A program made the translations under genes and the position numbers. Source: Archaeoglobus fulgidus DSM 4304 (GTDB lineage: Archaea; Halobacteriota; Archaeoglobi; Archaeoglobales; Archaeoglobaceae). Taken from it: a stretch of DNA of 32,000 bases. Position 1 is the stretch's first letter. Each line of letters opens with the position of its first letter. The DNA lies in the NCBI RefSeq assembly GCF_000008665.1, contig NC_000917.1:1800001-1832000 (forward strand). The letters are read 5' to 3'. The notes below the pieces were generated by a model, which had not been told where the DNA came from, searched no databases, and saw only the letters and a program-made list of their open reading frames with translations. Of this stretch, positions 30,162-32,000 are shown piece by piece.

Positions 30162-32000
30162 GTGAAGAATGAGGTGAGCAGGAAAAGCATAACCGAAGCC
30201 GATGACGAGACTCTTAAGATAATAGCGGAGCGCAGCCCAGACCCAGTCCTGATTCACGATGGTGAGAGAGTTCTTTACGCCAACCCCAAAGCGTTAGAGT
30301 ACGTATCCGCCGAAGAGCTGATGAAAAGAAAGCTGGTCGAGTTCATTCACCCCGACTACAGGGCGATTGCTGTCGAGAGGATGACCAAGGTCATGAAGGG
30401 CGAGAGTGTGGAGCCCTACGAAGAGCTTTTTGTCCTTCCAGACGGTAGAGAGGTGTGGCTCGAAACGAACCCTACTCCCATAACCTTCAGAGGCAAAAGG
30501 GCTGTTTTGCTCATTCTCCGAGATGTTACTGCGAGAAGAAGAACTGAGGAGAGGTACAGGGATTTCTTCGAGAACTCGTTGGACATAATAGCGGTGACTG
30601 ATCTCAAGGGAAACTTCGTGGAGGTTAACAGAGCCTTTGAGGAGGTCTTCGGCTACTCCAGGGATGAGGTGAGGGGAAGAAACTTTGCGGAAGTCCTGAA
30701 ACTCAGCAAGGATGTGGCAGAGGAGATTTTCAGGAGCTACAACAAAGCTTTCAGAGAGAGAAAAAATGTTTACGGGCTTTTGTTCAAGGTCAGGCGAAAG
30801 GATGGGAAAGAGATAATCGTTGAAGGCAACGTAAGGCTTTTGTGGGAAGGAAGCAAAGTCAAAGGGTTCGTGGGGAACTTCAGGGACGTGACCGACAGGG
30901 TCAGGCTGGAAGAGAGGCTGAGGGAGAGCCAGGAAAGGTACAGATCTATTTTCAACTACTCACCCCTCGCCATCATCGTGTTCAACGACAGGGCTGAAAT
31001 AGTAGATTGGAACAAGAAGGCTGAGGATATTTTCGGCTGGAAAAAGGAGGAGGCTCTTGGAAAAAATATCATCGAGCTGCTCGTTCCGGAGCATTTGAGG
31101 GGAGAAATTCAGCTAATCGCGGAAAGAATCCTGGAGGGAGAGGTTTACACGCACTCGATAAACGAGAATTTAACGAAAGACGGTAGGGTCATAACGTGTG
31201 AGTGGCACAACACGATTTACAGGGACGCAAAAGGGAGGATTTACGGCCTCTCCATTGTCCAGGACATTACTGATAAGATAAAGATGGAGAGAAAGTTGAA
31301 AGAGAGTGAAGAAAGGTATAGAAGCGTTTTTACGCATGCTCCAGTTCTTATTGCAATTTTGGACAAAGATGGGCGGTTCGTTGAGGCGAATCCCGCAATG
31401 GTGAAAAGCATCGGAGAAAATCCGGTTGGAAAAGAGCTCTCCGAAATTTTCCCAAAGGACGTCGCGGAAAGGAGGCTTAATCATTTGAAGAAAGCACTCG
31501 AAGAGGGGGAGCTGGTTGAGTTCGAAGACGAGAGGGGCGGAAAGTACTTCATAAACTTCTACCTACCCCTCGAGCTTGAAGGGGAGAAGCACTGTCTGGT
31601 AATAGCCCAGGATATCACCGAACTCAGGAAACTGAACAAGCTGCTCAGAGAAATGGTCGAAGTAAATGAAGCCATAGTCCGAATTGGCGAACGTGAGGAA
31701 CTGGTGAAGAAGATAGAAGAGATTCTTTCAGACTACTCGGCGAAGATTAGAGATAGCGGGCAGGGAGAGTGCCTGGAAATCAGGTACGGTGATAAAACCT
31801 ACGGTTATCTATGTGTTGAGAACGTTGACGAGGAGATGAAACCCCTGTTGAAAGCCCTCACAGATGACCTCGCATTTGCCTTCAAATCAATGGAGGATGA
31901 GGAGAGAAGGGAAGAGCTGCTCAAACAGCTTGTTGAGAATATCAGAACGATAGCATACCTTGTTGACAGGATTAGGAATCCGCTTGCTGCTATCAGAGCT
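30162..32000 (+). CDS. Multi-PAS sensor protein (4 PAS domains plus a GAF-like segment plus the start of a DHp-like helix), 3'-truncated by the window
   Basis: Not in the ORF track because it runs off the edge. The frame is open from GTG 30162 (preceded by an in-frame TAG at 30153) to 32000, 613 codons checked by hand. Recurrent S-box linkers occur (EERYRDFFENS, QERYRSIFNYS, EERYRSVFTHA) and the sequence ends ...VDRIRNPLAAIRA. The exact start is uncertain. Confidence 0.8.
   Translation, partial: MKNEVSRKSITEADDETLKIIAERSPDPVLIHDGERVLYANPKALEYVSAEELMKRKLVEFIHPDYRAIAVERMTKVMKGESVEPYEELFVLPDGREVWLETNPTPITFRGKRAVLLILRDVTARRRTEERYRDFFENSLDIIAVTDLKGNFVEVNRAFEEVFGYSRDEVRGRNFAEVLKLSKDVAEEIFRSYNKAFRERKNVYGLLFKVRRKDGKEIIVEGNVRLLWEGSKVKGFVGNFRDVTDRVRLEERLRESQERYRSIFNYSPLAIIVFNDRAEIVDWNKKAEDIFGWKKEEALGKNIIELLVPEHLRGEIQLIAERILEGEVYTHSINENLTKDGRVITCEWHNTIYRDAKGRIYGLSIVQDITDKIKMERKLKESEERYRSVFTHAPVLIAILDKDGRFVEANPAMVKSIGENPVGKELSEIFPKDVAERRLNHLKKALEEGELVEFEDERGGKYFINFYLPLELEGEKHCLVIAQDITELRKLNKLLREMVEVNEAIVRIGEREELVKKIEEILSDYSAKIRDSGQGECLEIRYGDKTYGYLCVENVDEEMKPLLKALTDDLAFAFKSMEDEERREELLKQLVENIRTIAYLVDRIRNPLAAIRA

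Overview
This is a densely coding window (over 90% coding) from an archaeal chromosome. Gene content, leaderless TATA-type promoters and protein sequences look like Archaeoglobus; that is my recollection and was not checked by any search. I call about 33 protein genes, one tRNA-Pro(UGG) and no rRNA, CRISPR array or transposase. All family calls come from motif recognition by eye, with no BLAST or HMM.

Layout:
- 1-4717 (minus strand): a tightly coupled housekeeping chain. It holds a partial HdrC-like gene, a membrane PH-like protein, ahcY, a Fap7/AK6-type kinase, hisC, an unlisted 49-codon ORF and mfnA.
- 4766-6891 (plus strand): mobA, moaA and a riboflavin-type pyrimidine reductase.
- 6881-8709: a TrmB-like regulator divergent from a radical SAM/SPASM gene.
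- 8710-10428: an A/T-rich islet with a 232-aa orphan, vapBC, a decayed tRNA 3'-half copy and tRNA-Pro.
- 10545-18407: a seven-gene catabolic cluster (PaaK-type CoA ligase, MFS, ThDP enzyme, SDR, 3-hydroxyacyl-CoA dehydrogenase, TauE/SafE, Fe-ADH).
- 18372-20542: a ParM-like actin-fold ATPase flanked by two ribbon-helix-helix (RHH) proteins.
- 20502-22423: an LLM-type oxidoreductase and a second HisC paralogue.
- 22420-26969 (minus strand): a four-gene cell-envelope cluster.
- 27086-28507: a TrkA-N/DHH-DHHA1 fusion.
- 28539-29144: an orphan iorB.
- 29116-29976: a coiled-coil protein.
- 30162 to the window end: a multi-PAS sensor, truncated by the window.

The best candidates for an undescribed system are the RHH/actin-like/RHH-Cys4 cassette and the envelope cluster. 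In the envelope cluster, two adjacent membrane proteins share a novel cytoplasmic domain.
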